This document shows positions 29,885 through 40,133 of a stretch of 64,000 nt of DNA, piece by piece. The notes beneath the pieces were generated by a model. It was not told the DNA's origin, did no database searches, and saw only the letters and a program-made list of their open reading frames with translations. The position numbers and the translations under genes were made by a program. The stretch is from Octopus sinensis (taxonomy: Eukaryota), in assembly GCF_006345805.1 (NCBI RefSeq), contig NC_043022.1, positions 13,454,001-13,518,000 of the forward strand. Direction: 5' to 3'. The stretch's first letter is position 1. Each line of letters begins with the position of its first letter.

Positions 29885-30323
29885 TATATACATAAACCAA
29901 TTATATACAAGCTTACATATAGGGTGTATACTCAATATAAACGGTTGACTAATGTACATATATGCATAGGTGTATAATCCACATGCATTATTACACAGGT
30001 GTAGTTTAAATGGATATTTGCAAATGATATCTAGAATATTTGATATTCGCATAAATTCATTCATGCTATAAATAAAATCGAGGAGGTGTGTGTGCAGGGG
30101 GGGGGACATTGTATGTTTATGATAGTCACTAACTAAATTGATAAAATTTACAATATTTGTCACAGAAGCAAATCAGGGATGGAACTGATATATATATAAA
30201 CATACACACCTAAGCATCCACGACAATATATATGAACATACATGCAGACACACACACACACACATATATATATATACACATAGATATTTACACATATATA
30301 CACACAGATATTTACACATATAT

Positions 30324-30375
<52 letters not shown>

Positions 30376-30584
30376 CTACAAATATATATATATTCACACA
30401 CATCTACAAATATATATATACACACATCTACAAATATATATATATACACACATCTACAAATATATATATATATATACACACACATCTACAAATATATATA
30501 TATATACACACACACACACATGTATATATATATACAAACACACACACATGTATATATATATACAAACACATCTACAAATATATA

Positions 30585-30617
<33 letters not shown>

Positions 30618-31387
30618 AATGTATATATATATATATATATACACATACATACACACACACACATGTATATATATATATAATATACACATACATACACACA
30701 CACACACATATATATAATATATTAAAGTTACTTGGAAGTGGATATATATACATATAGATGTCGGTACGTACATATATGTATATATGCATATGTTTTATTT
30801 TGTTATCATATATTATATGATATATATAATATGTATATATATATATATATATATATACCGATGCAGATACGGAACAACCGCAAGAATTCATGCAAGTGTA
30901 TCGTTATACATGAATGCATGCAAAAATACACAGACACACACACATACATATACACCAACGAACATTATACACATCCATATACACACACACACACATATAT
31001 ATATATACTTGTCAATAAATCTACAACCTCGTGAAGCAAAATTTCAAAATCTATGAGTATTTAATAATATCGCATCAATAGATAGATATTATATGTGTAT
31101 ATATATATTGATCAGAGGAAAAATATATACACAGTATATATATATATATATATATGTATGTGCATGTATGTATATATATATATGTGTGTGTGTGTGTGCG
31201 TGGATGTACGTCGTGTTTTGCAAAGCTGGAGGCGAAACATGTCTACCTTGTAGAATATATCAAACTGCACACTCTCCGTCAGGTTTTGAATGTCCTTCCT
31301 GAACACACTGTAGTTGGCAACGGTCGCAGAAATGGCTGTGTTGTACAAAGAGTCGGGAGCCCACTGCAACACACAAGCCGACGCCAT
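1600..31387 (-). CDS. APPBP2: Amyloid protein-binding protein 2 (PAT1) orthologue, gene span of 12 coding exons; 3' exons lie left of the window
   Basis: Spliced translation MASACVLQWAPDSLYNTAISATVANY...LLHHCFQALIDHG...HPKYADTLQDYGFYLLNVD...VAHEDLAYASYVHEYSSG...ALILEEIAID...NVQTAKHYGNLGRLYQSMREFK matches APPBP2 as I recall it, collinearly; all introns GT-AG with consistent phases. Confidence 0.96.
3201..3286 (-). CDS. APPBP2: APPBP2 coding exon 11 (86 nt)
   Basis: tccAG|RHAEKAIEILLKILPSDHLLLSSSKRVK|GTGAGT. Confidence 0.93.
3700..4150. mobile_element. Nin/Deu-domain-like tRNA SINE with an inverted copy of the same family nested inside
   Basis: GCCTTTCATCCTTTCGGGGTCGATAAATTAAGTACC core; 16-bp duplication TGATAAATTAAGTACC at 3816 and 4058; family also at 9770-10182, 23677-24080, 51615-51850. 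Confidence 0.75.
4963..5250. mobile_element. (TA)n-embedded inverted-repeat element, same family as 32090-32375
   Basis: ~80-bp perfect inverted arms (~5065-5143 / ~5168-5246); shares TTCAGCAAAA...GATGCACCAGAATT...CAAAATAAGCAACAAGAATGACTCCGGTAATTTGGTAC with 32090-32375. Confidence 0.65.
5394..5518 (-). CDS. APPBP2: APPBP2 coding exon 10 (125 nt)
   Basis: accAG|MALDIRLSVFGGNNFHVAVAHEDLAYASYVHEYSSGNFKDA(Q)|GTGAGT. Confidence 0.93.
5968..6187. mobile_element. piggyBac-type MITE (TTAA TSD) inserted in an RTE-tail repeat
   Basis: TTAA-CCCTTTCGTTAC...GTAACAAAAGGG-TTAA; related copies at ~1890-2479, 14600-14672, 34028-34535. Confidence 0.8.
8218..8323 (-). CDS. APPBP2: APPBP2 coding exon 9 (106 nt)
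   Basis: cccAG|EHFGQRHPKYADTLQDYGFYLLNVDSVAASVKVYQ|GTAAGC. Confidence 0.93.
8420..8710 (-). mobile_element. RTE-type LINE 3' fragment
   Basis: [23 protein letters not shown]...[16 protein letters not shown] plus (TGA)n. Confidence 0.8.
8935..9002 (-). CDS. APPBP2: APPBP2 coding exon 8 (68 nt)
   Basis: tccAG|ACVVKREFRKAGQLIKSAVQYA(S)|GTAAGT. Confidence 0.92.
9070..9289. mobile_element. hAT-type MITE
   Basis: CAGCGGTTCTCAAC...GTTGAGAACCACTG; imperfect TSD (..TAGAC). Confidence 0.7.
10455..10487 (-). CDS. APPBP2: APPBP2 coding exon 7 (33-nt mini-exon)
   Basis: cccAG|TIIDVLRQCAK|GTAAGG; corresponds to vertebrate VVVDVLRQASK. Confidence 0.88.
11544..11600 (-). CDS. APPBP2: APPBP2 coding exon 6 (57 nt)
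   Basis: aacAG|AYKYCNLAVQQLTPVLSPR|GTAAGT. Confidence 0.87.
13377..13545 (-). CDS. APPBP2: APPBP2 coding exon 5 (169 nt)
   Basis: accAG|LLHVQNSSCKYREANETFKETFKILNILNQANISVNKAMLYGECCGLFFAESQYDQ|GTAAGC. Confidence 0.92.
13636..14180 (-). mobile_element. RTE-type LINE 3' fragment (second family)
   Basis: KYLGSYIS...AWSACNDMHKIWSSNLSRDFKLEIFKATVEPILLYGSETWTL...RRVQFAGHC; (TGA)n tail; same family at 8420-8710 (-) and 51310-51612 (+). Confidence 0.85.
14183..14600 (+). mobile_element. RLE-type (R4/Dong/NeSL-like) non-LTR retrotransposon fragment
   Basis: RHERVGTYIHW...LFWDMPIHTDREIKTNRPNIVIRD...CFLIDVSIP...KLSKYKDL...PIIVGALG: RH plus a degenerate PD..D..K restriction-like endonuclease motif. 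Confidence 0.8.
14994..15117 (-). CDS. APPBP2: APPBP2 coding exon 4 (124 nt)
   Basis: ttcAG|(A)SFFNESGWFFSSERVYHTCRLLCDQDKTYSGLCKLLECNV(R)|GTAAGA. Confidence 0.9.
15457..15608 (-). CDS. APPBP2: APPBP2 coding exon 3 (152 nt)
   Basis: aatAG|CLLHHCFQALIDHGAQVNEILATEFCKRYQLSGHLNENERNKAIQLGTAL|GTAAGA. Confidence 0.92.
16267..16800. repeat. 100-bp tandem repeat (~5.3 copies) derived from the RTE-tail repeat
   Basis: TTTTGGCATGGTCTTTACAGCTGGATGCCCTTCCTAACACCAACCACCCTGTAGAGTAGAG... repeats every 100 bp. Confidence 0.92.
17057..17445 (+). mobile_element. Possible Helitron/Helentron-derived non-autonomous element
   Basis: Begins in TA repeat with ACTAG...CCTGGCATTGCTCGGG subterminal hairpin; ends ...CAACTTCAGCTTTATATA; recognition by resemblance only. 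Confidence 0.35.
19117..19424. mobile_element. piggyBac-type MITE nested in an older TTAA MITE
   Basis: TTAA-CCCCTTACCC...GGGTAAGGGG-TTAA. Confidence 0.78.
21591..21679 (-). CDS. APPBP2: APPBP2 coding exon 2 (89 nt)
   Basis: cacAG|LYMKGNLYTLGTDLAEIDNFAKILKVLDK(R)|GTAAGT. Confidence 0.9.
26549..27345 (+). mobile_element. Degenerate Tc1/mariner transposon (internally deleted transposase pseudogene)
   Basis: TIR-like GAGGGTATCAAAAAGTTCC after TA; EQRTNMKFCIKLGKSATETLSMLRQAYG (HTH) and HPPYSPDLAPADFHLFPKMK mariner motif; stops and frameshifts. Confidence 0.88.
29480..31200. repeat. Extended (TA)n/(CA)n compound microsatellite block in APPBP2 intron 1
   Basis: Direct inspection; includes CACACATCTACAAATATATA minisatellite units. 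Confidence 0.9.
31247..31387 (-). CDS. APPBP2: APPBP2 coding exon 1 (141 nt)
   Basis: ATG at 31387; MASACVLQWAPDSLYNTAISATVANYSVFRKDIQNLTESVQFDIFYK; donor AAG|GTAGAC. Confidence 0.93.
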
Positions 31388-31700
31388 CTTGTTCGGTGAC
31401 GGGAGACGGAAATTCATTTGTTTCTTTATTTGTTTACTTTTTTATTATTCCTTCATTTGTTTGTTTATTTATTTATTTACTTGCTTTTCTTTTCTTTTTT
31501 TATTTAATTTTCATTTTTGGTTATTTTTTATGAATTCGTTCTTCTATTTATCTTTAATTATGTTTTCCTTTTACGTATTCGGTGTCAAAAAAAAAAAACT
31601 GTGAAGTATTTCGTTTGAAAGAAGACAGGCAGACTGGCAGGCCTGGCGTGTTGGTTTGGCTGGCTGGCTGGTTGGCTGCTATTAATCACTTCCGGGTTAT
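31380..31700 (-). promoter_or_regulatory. Putative APPBP2 proximal promoter/5' region
   Basis: ETS-type CCGGAAGT (minus strand, 31688-31695) and YY1-like CAAGATGGCG overlapping the start codon; locally CpG-retaining unique sequence. Motif-level evidence only. Confidence 0.4.
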
Positions 31701-32089
31701 GTCAAATCTTTTTTTTTTTTTCGTACTTTCACATTGATTCGCACCTAAACGTGTATCTGCCTCCGTTAGTCTCTTCTGTGAATCGATATTGAATAATTAA
31801 ACGATTATATAAGTTATCGTCATCTTAAAATTTATTTTATACGTGTATAGACATAGAATTATATATAAATTAACTGTATGTATATATATATATTCTTTTA
31901 CTTGTTTCAGTCGTTGGATTGCGGCCATGCTGGAGCACCACCTTTAGGGTAAGGTATATATATAGAAAATAGTAAAAAGTGAAAAAACTACAGAAGGCTT
32001 GTTTTAGAAGGTTAAAAAATATATATTTGAGTCATTATGTCTGAAGAATGTTATCAATTTTTTTCACCTATATATATATATATATATAA

Positions 32090-32375
32090 GTTCAGCAAAA
32101 ATTTTGATTCGAATGAATATGGTACTTAATTTAGATGCACCAGAATTTTGCATGGTGTTATCCATAAAAATTTGTGGGGTGATTATAGTCAAAATAAGCA
32201 ACAAGAATGACTCCGGTAATTTGGTACAATGTATTATTGGAAAACCTCTATAATTGGCTGATGAGTAATCAGCATCTTAAATCTGCTGTAATTCTTACAA
32301 CCTTTAATAAAATGATGTAGTGCGAAACAATTGTACCAAATTACCGGAGTCTTTCTTGTTGCTTATTTTGACTAT
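32090..32375. mobile_element. (TA)n-embedded inverted-repeat element carrying a hammerhead
   Basis: ~45-bp inverted arms (~32184-32230 / ~32330-32375) around the HHR; homologous to 4963-5250. Confidence 0.65.
32254..32339 (+). ncRNA. Type I hammerhead ribozyme motif
   Basis: TTGG-CTGATGA-GTA...TGC-GAAA-CAATTG-TA-CCAA; stem I TTGG/CCAA, palindromic CAATTG. Confidence 0.75.
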
Positions 32376-32662
32376 ATCATCATCGTTTAGCGTCCGTTTT
32401 CCATGCTAGCATATATATATATATATGTATATATAAATAAGGATAAGATCGTTATTTAAATATCGATCTTATCAGGTGGCCAGCATAGGAATAAAAACCT
32501 TCAAAGGTAATAATTATTATTAAAATTATAATTTAGGGTATCTAAGAGATACCACCACGCTGGAAATAGCAGCCAAAACTTGACTCTAAAACCACATTAA
32601 AACCATATATATATATACAGAATGGACTGAGCAGTGCAGGAGGACACACGTGTACGGAAAGG

Positions 32663-32703
32663 GTCGCTGAAGAGGTCACAGATGTGCTGAAAAATTTCCG
32701 GAC
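32663..32703 (+). ncRNA. Degenerate hammerhead ribozyme motif
   Basis: GTCG-CTGAAGA-GGTCACA-GA-TGTGCT-GAAA-AATT-TC-CGGAC; stems I and II each carry an indel or mismatch. Confidence 0.4.
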
Positions 32704-33299
32704 AATGGACATAAGATAAAATAAGAACAGTAATAAACGAGTGTAGAACGAATATATAGGGCGTGAGTTTATTTGGGGGCAGGGAGGGAAACCATCCCGA
32801 AATATAACAGTATATAGATTCCTTTATTGCCCACAGGGGGCTAAACACAGAGGGGACAAACGTGTGTATGTGCGTAACACCGATTAACCTCTGTTTTCCT
32901 TGCTGGCATGGGTTGGACAGCTTGACAGGCGCTGGCATATCAGAGGACTATGTCCAGCTCCACTGTCTGCTGTGGCATGGTTGGATGCCCTTCCTAACGC
33001 TAACCACTTTACAGAGTGTATTGGGTGCTTTTTATGTGGCCCCAGCACCAGTAAGGTCACCGGGTAACTTACAACACAAAGATCCCTCAACTGAGTGGGA
33101 TGTTATATTGAGGAAAGTGGCTTTGTGTCATGCCAAGAGGTTAAAGGTATAATAGGGGGCTATAATAGAGGTTAGAAAGGGTCAAGTGGTGAAGACATTA
33201 TTTCGGTCATATTATGCGGAGAAAATCCCTAGAGAAGGACATCATGGAAGTTTCTTACACTTTTGATCCATAGAGTATATTGGCCAGGATACTGGGGTA

Positions 33300-33650
33300 G
33301 GTGGCCAGGTCTTTTACGGATTCCATGGACAGCGAGGCTCACCAATGGAGAAGTTCTTAAGCAGATCAAGCCGAAAATGTCGCTAGAAGCTAGGATCACC
33401 AAGCATAGACTGGCATATTTCGGTCATATTATGCGGAGAAAATCCCTGGAGAAGGACATCATGCTCGGAATGGTCAGTGGCAAGAGAGGAAGAGGCCGAC
33501 CAAGAACCCGCTGGCTTGACACCATCAAGAGTGATACTGGAATGGACATAGCCAATCTGAAAGAAGTGGCCCAGAATAGAACTGACTGGAGGACACTGAT
33601 CCAACGAGTGACCAAGAGTTGACTTCAACTGAGCGGATAGATAGATAGAT
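33300..33650 (+). mobile_element. RTE/BovB-like LINE 3' fragment
   Basis: LRIPWTARLTNGEVL...RLAYFGHIMRR...EKDIMLGMVSGKRGRGRPRTRWLD; (GATA)n tail. Confidence 0.85.
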
Positions 33651-36221
33651 AGAGGGCTATATGGATGTAGTGAATCTTGCATGCATGAAGTGGGTTCGAT
33701 CCACCATAGCCAAATTTAAATTAACACTGCAACAGAACTTTTCCCGTGGTGGAACAATGGTTTTTCTCTGACAGTAGTTTTACATTTTCCAGATGCCTTT
33801 TAGCTAGGCCGAAATAATGTCTTCACCACTTGACCTTTTCTAACCTCATCTACTCCACCAAAGCTAGAAATAGAGATAACAAGCCACTCCAATGCCTATG
33901 GTCATTTGTCACTTGAAGACCAATCTCATTCAGAGCGAGCGTTGACCTGAACAAATGAAAACATCATGAAAATTATTGAAATGAAATTGGAGAACCGGCA
34001 GTGAATTGATGAATTGAGAAACAATTCTTAACCCTTTTGGTACCAACCTGGTTGAAGCCACTTCTGGCTCTCTAGTACAAATGTCTTGATTTCAAAAGTT
34101 CTGAATTAAAATCTTTCATCAAACCTTTGTTGTAGTTTATGTTTGTAACACTAGCTGAATGATAACTAAGTTATTTTATTAAATTCTTTGTTATCATCAT
34201 CATCGCTTAACGTCCGCTTTCCATGCTAGCATGGGTTGGACAGTTCAACTGGGGTCTGGGAAGCCAGGAGGCTGCACCAGGCCCAGTCTGATCTGGCAAT
34301 GTTTCTACGGCTGGATGCCCTTCCTAACGCCAACCACTCCATGAGTGTAGTGGGTGCTTTTTACGTGCCACCGGCACAGGTGGTGCCAGACGAGGCTGGC
34401 TACGGCCACGTTCGGATGGTGCTTTTTATGTGCCACCGGCACGGGGGCCAGGTGAGGCTGGCAATGGCCACAATTGGATGTTGCTTTTTACGTAAACACG
34501 AAACATCTCAAAATAAATACGGTAATGAAAGGGTTGAGATGGTGTTTGGAACATAAATGAACATAAAATCTTGATGGAAGGTTTTTAGATCACTTTAACC
34601 CTTCTTTTACCATATTTCTATTGAAATGCACTGACTTTGTTTCAACCCATTTTGAAAATAATGAAGAATTTGCAAAAAATAACTTTTCCATTATTAATCT
34701 GGTGTTTAGAATATGAATTAGCAAGAAATTTTGACAAAAGGTTTTGATTTAGAATATGTCAACCTTTTAGCATTCAGATTACTCTATCAAATGTAAAATA
34801 AAACGATAAACATTGCCCTTTTCAAGCCTAGCCAGGCTCATGGGCCCAGTTTCCCGGTTTCTGTGGTGTATGTGTTCCCCCCAGCTGGACGGGACACCAG
34901 TCCATTGCAGCGTTACTCAAGAAACAGGAAGAAAGAGTGAGAGAAAGATGGGCCAAAAGAGTACAACAGGGGTCACCACCACCCCCTGCCAGAGCCTCGT
35001 AGAGCTTTTAGGTGTTTTCGCTCAATAAACGCACACAATGTCCAGTCTGGGAATCGAAACCGCGATTCTCCGACTGCGAGTTCACTGCCCCAACCACTGG
35101 GCTATTGCACCTCCACCTATCAAATGTAATGCTTACTTATTCACATTGTTTTGAATTAATGATGCATTATTTCATAACTTCAAGATTTTCATGATGTGAT
35201 TGCTTATTTTTAGAATAACATTGTAGAGCAGGTGTGAGAGGTTTGAATTTAAAACAGGTAAAATATTATGGCCGGATATGGCTGGTTTAAATACTAAAGG
35301 GTTAAAAACACAAATTTTGTAGCACAGAACCAAAGGCAGACTCAGGCAGGTTTGTATCAAGAGGGTTAAACAAAATGTTTAAATCCACTGCTGGTGTTCT
35401 TCTTGTTTTGTAAAAAATAATGCCAAAGAAGCCAACTATATTGGATTTGAAGTCATGGCTTCTATTGTGATTTTCTTGGTCAAAAGATGATCTGCAGGTT
35501 TGGGGCCTTTAAAGACATGTGGAATGAGAGATCCTTTACTTGAAAAACAGGTAAGGGTGAATGACAGAAAGGGTATCCAGAATAATGGTTACTAATTTCA
35601 GAAGGGCTAAGTTGGTTACACTGACCCGCAGTCCTCAATAGGTGCTTATTTGTAACTCTTATTCTACAGCTGGATAAGTAGCTTGCTTACAAACCACATG
35701 GTTCCGGGTTCAGTCCCATTGTGTGGCACTTTGGGCAAGTGTCTTCTACTATAGCCTCGGGTCGACCAAAGCCTTGAGTGGATTTGGTAGACGGAAACTG
35801 AAAGAAGCCTGTTGTATATCATCATCATCATCGTTTAACGTCCATTTTCCATGCTAGCATGGGTTGGACGGTTCAACTGGGGTCTGGGAAGCCAGAAGGC
35901 TGCACCAGGCCCAGTCTGATCTGGCAGTGTTTCTACAGCTGGATGCCCTTCCTAACGCCAACCACTCCAAGAGTATAGCAGGTGCTTTTTACGTATATAT
36001 ATATATGTATGTATGTGTGTCTGTGTTTGTCCCCCCAACATCGCTTGACAACCGATGCTGGTATGTTTACATCTCCGTCACTTAGCAGTTCAGCAAAAGA
36101 GACCAATAGAATAAGTACTAGGTTTACAACGAATAAGTCCTGGGATCGATTTGCTCAACTAACGCCGGTGCTCCAGCATGGTTACAGTCAAATGACTGAA
36201 ACAAGTAAAAGAGTAAAGAGG

Positions 36222-36535
36222 ATATCAGAAAATTACTATTTTTAAATCTCACAACGTGAGATATTCAGCAACAGTTGTCACTCTGAAAACTATATATTTC
36301 GAATGGGAATTTGGCAGCGTTACCTCTAGCCGAACAATTATTCTGTGCCAATGAAGGGAAATAACCCAGAAATCACGATACACAGAAATTGATTTGAGCT
36401 GAGTGGGGGTGCGAGATTCCCTTGTTCGAAAATATAAGGACACAGATCGTGTCATAAAGGCAGCTGGAGACGATGTCTCCTGGGGCTAAATTACAGCAAC
36501 ATTAGTCCTAAACCAAGACTGCCATGTTACTACAT
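36222..36535 (+). repeat. Unclassified ~300-bp repeat fused to the tRNA-SINE tail; inverted copy at 60030-60312
   Basis: GGATATCAGAAAATTACTATTTTTAAATCTCAC...GACTGCCATGTTACTACA matches the reverse complement of 60030-60312. Confidence 0.75.
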
Positions 36536-37606
36536 TCATCATCATCGTTTAACGTCCGTTCTCCATGCTAGCATGGGTTGGACGGTTCGACCGGGGATCT
36601 GGGAAGCCAGGAGGCTGCACCAGGCGCAGTCTGATCTGGCAGTGTTTCTACGGCTGGATGCCCTTCTTAACGCCAACCACTCCGAGAGTGTGGTGGGTGC
36701 TTTTTACGTGCCACCTGCACAGATGCCAGGCGAGGCTGGCAACCAGTCTACGGAAGCCAGTCTATGCGGCGCTGACATCGGCCTATATATATATATTAGC
36801 CAAGGTACTTTCTTTAAATTTTAGGATTCAGTCCCACTGAGTGGCCCTTGGGCAAGCAATCTCTAGAGTAGCTCTGGGTCAACCAAATGCCTTGCGAAGG
36901 AATTTGATGGTCAAACATAGAAAGAAACCTGTCACACATACATATAGAGACAGATGTGTGTCTCTGTGTGTGCGTGTGTGTGTGCCTCTGTGTGTGCGTG
37001 TGTGTCTCTCTCTCTCTCTCTCTCTGTGCATGCCTTGACAGCACGTGATGGTTCTATGGCTGTAAATGAGCATCACCGTCATACAAGCGGTGTTGTTTAT
37101 TTCCAGTCTTCTGTGGGAAGCAAGTCTGGCCGTGGAGAGATAGATATTACCTGGCTTCAAAAGAGTCGAGGGTTGGTGACAGCAAGGGCATACAGCCATA
37201 GAAAACCTGCCTCATTGAATTCCATCTGACCTTTGCAAACATAAAGACGCGGGCATGGCTTGTGTGGTTAGGGAGCTTGCTTCCTAGCTACATGGTTTCG
37301 GGTTCAGTCCCACTGCGTGGCACTTTGGGCAGGTGTCTTCCGCTATGGCCCCCCCGAGTCGACCAAAGCTTTGCGATTGAATTCGGCAGGCGGAAGTTAC
37401 TGCCGTGTGTGTATGTGTGCATGTAGGTGCTCAGTGCCTCTCCGAAAGAGAGAGAGAGGGAAAACAAGTGGACATAAAATGATGACGGTGATGATGGTGA
37501 TGACGGTGATGATGACAATGGTGATGGTGGTCGTCGTGGTGACACATCACTTTCATCTGAATTAAAAAGACTCAAAGACAAACAGACAAGATAAAATGTA
37601 AAACTT

Positions 37607-37640
37607 TTTATTTGATTTTTTTCTTTTGTTTATTTTATTT
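37607..37640 (-). terminator. Candidate SF3B4 polyadenylation signals (AATAAA cluster)
   Basis: Several TTTATT on + (AATAAA on -) about 360-390 nt after the stop, followed on the minus strand by a GT/T-rich stretch. Confidence 0.4.
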
Positions 37641-37995
37641 TATTTTATTTTATCTAGTTTCAGCTCAGGAGCTGTGGCCATGCTGGGGCACCGCCATTTT
37701 GTAATTTTTGTAATTTTTTTTTCTTTTAAATGAATGTACAAGATGCGAGATGTTTTAGATTCCCCCTGTTGTTAAAGATTAAAGATTAAAAAAAAAATAA
37801 AATAAAAAATAAAAAAGGGCCGCTTCTTTTCAACCCTTTCCTTTCTTTCTCTCTTTTGTTCAACCCCCTTTCTGTGTACTCCATTGCTAACCCCTCACCC
37901 GATATTATGGAAAGAAACAATATTTTAGGCAAAAAACACAGACGTCCAATATGGACATTTGTGAATTCCGACGTCCTGGTCCCTTGGAACCCCTC

Positions 37996-38153
37996 TTAGT
38001 ATCTCTGATTTCCGGGTCGCACGTTTCCTGGTGGAGGAGGTCTGACACCACGCGGTGGGGGTGGTGGACAGCGCGGACCCATTCCAGGTTGACCCCTCGG
38101 AGGGGGCATCGAAGGGCCACGTTGCTGGGGTGGTGGAGGCGGCGGTGGACGAC
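37996..38153 (-). CDS. SF3B4: SF3B4 last coding exon
   Basis: long polypyrimidine tract, caaAG|(G)[51 protein letters not shown](TAA). Confidence 0.87.
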
Positions 38154-39146
38154 CTTTGATGAAAAAAGAAAAAAAAAAAAAAAAAAAAGAGAAAGTGAGA
38201 TGAAAATGATTAAAGGAAGCTGAACAGGGGTTCAAATTTCATCTTACCACACGCTCCCGCTCTCCCCGTTCTCTTCTCTTTCATTCCTCTTCCTCCCTTT
38301 CTTCTCTTTCCCCATCTCTCTTACCCATTCTGTCCCTCTCTCTTCCCACAGCATCCCCCTCTCTCTCTCTTCCCACAGCGTCCCCTATCTCCCTTCCCAC
38401 AGTATCCCCTCTATCTCTCTCTCTCTCTCTTCCCACAGCGTCCCCCTCTATCTCTATCTCTTCCCACAGCATCCCCCTCTCTCTCTCTCTTCCCACAGCG
38501 TCCCCTCTATCTCTCTCTCTTCCCACAGCGTCCCCTCTATCTCTCTCTCTTCCCACAGCGTCCCCCTCTCTCTCACACTTTCTTCCTCACCCGCCCCACC
38601 CTCACCGTCTCTCCCGCCCCCTCACACAATAAATAAAATTAATTTAAAAAAAAACAAAACACGAAAGAAAAGAGAAGACAAAGTTCATTTACCGAAGGGA
38701 GGTGGTCCACGTGGTGGTGTCGGTCCTCTCCATCCAGGTGGAGGAGGGGGTGGTCGCATACCGGGTGGTGGTGGTGGAGGCATGCCAGGTGGCATTGGAC
38801 CTGGAGGCGGAGGCGCAATGTTCGAAGGGGGTGCTGGTGGCCCTGCATTACCTACATCAAATAGAAACATGGAAGAAGATATAGACTCGGCATATATACA
38901 TACATGCATATTTGTGTGTGTGTGCATGTGTATATATATATATATAGTTAATCCAAACAAGAAAGCACAAAAAAAACACAACAACGTGAGGACGTGGAAC
39001 AAATATAGTATTATTGGACGCTCAGGAAAGAAGGAAAGAAGGAGGGTTTAACGTTTCGAGCGGAACTCTTCGTCGGAAACATAGGAGAAGGAAAGATCCA
39101 GAGAAGGGAAGACAGGGGAAAAAATCGCCAACAGTACACACGAGGT

Positions 39147-39186
<40 letters not shown>

Positions 39187-39375
39187 GGAGTTTAATGCAG
39201 GTAAATTTATTTATTTATATATTATACAAAAAATTCCACATAAACCCAAGTTTCTACCTTTAAAAACAAGGAGTTACAACCTTTTTACTTGTGTGATTTT
39301 TTGCTACACTGGTAACTATTTATCTATTTTGTCCGTGTTAATTGTTAACAAGGCAAAAATACACTCATCTATGTA

Positions 39376-39418
<43 letters not shown>

Positions 39419-40069
39419 CAAAAACTGTCCGACGAACGGGAACGTGAAACTCAGAGTAACAGGTTTTGTTGAATTTTCTGCTGCTTAAAATAAAGCATAT
39501 TACTCTACCACTGGTATTTGAGTACTCTTTCTTCCACCTTGTTTCACATTTATGTGCGTACTCCGGTATATATATATATATATATATATATTTAGCAGAA
39601 GTAACAGAGTGACTCAAGGTCCAAGAGTTTAGTGTGTAGTCAATAAGTGCCAACACACAAAACTCTCGGTCCTTGAGTTACTCTGTTACTTCTGCTAAAT
39701 ACTAATAAAAATATACATATGCTTGTATTTTGAGTTCCATTTTTTTCTGTCTGCATTTACACTGTTGTTTGTTTGTTACTTCTCGAGCGACGCCTGGCTC
39801 ATAAGGGCCAGTTTCCCGGTTTCCTTGGCGTATAGGTTCCCCACCTGGACGGGACATCGGTCCATCGCATGTGAGCTGCAAGATGCAGGAGGAAAGAGTC
39901 AGCAGAAGTTCGACATTACCTTCTGCCAGAGCCGCGTGGAGCTCAGATGTTTTCGCTCATAAACACACACATCGCCCGGTCTGAGATTCAAACCCGCGAT
40001 CCCTCGACTGCGAGTCCGCTGCTCTAACCACTAGGCCATGTGCCCCCACTCTGCATTAATATACCTGTA

Positions 40070-40133
<64 letters not shown>

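Noticed and set aside
29700-31200. Many YI/HT/CV-rich ORFs
   Set aside because: Microsatellite translations.
31314-31604. Plus-strand ORF MATVAEMAVLYKESG...
   Set aside because: Antisense shadow of APPBP2 exon 1 running into a T-rich tract; no recognisable protein.
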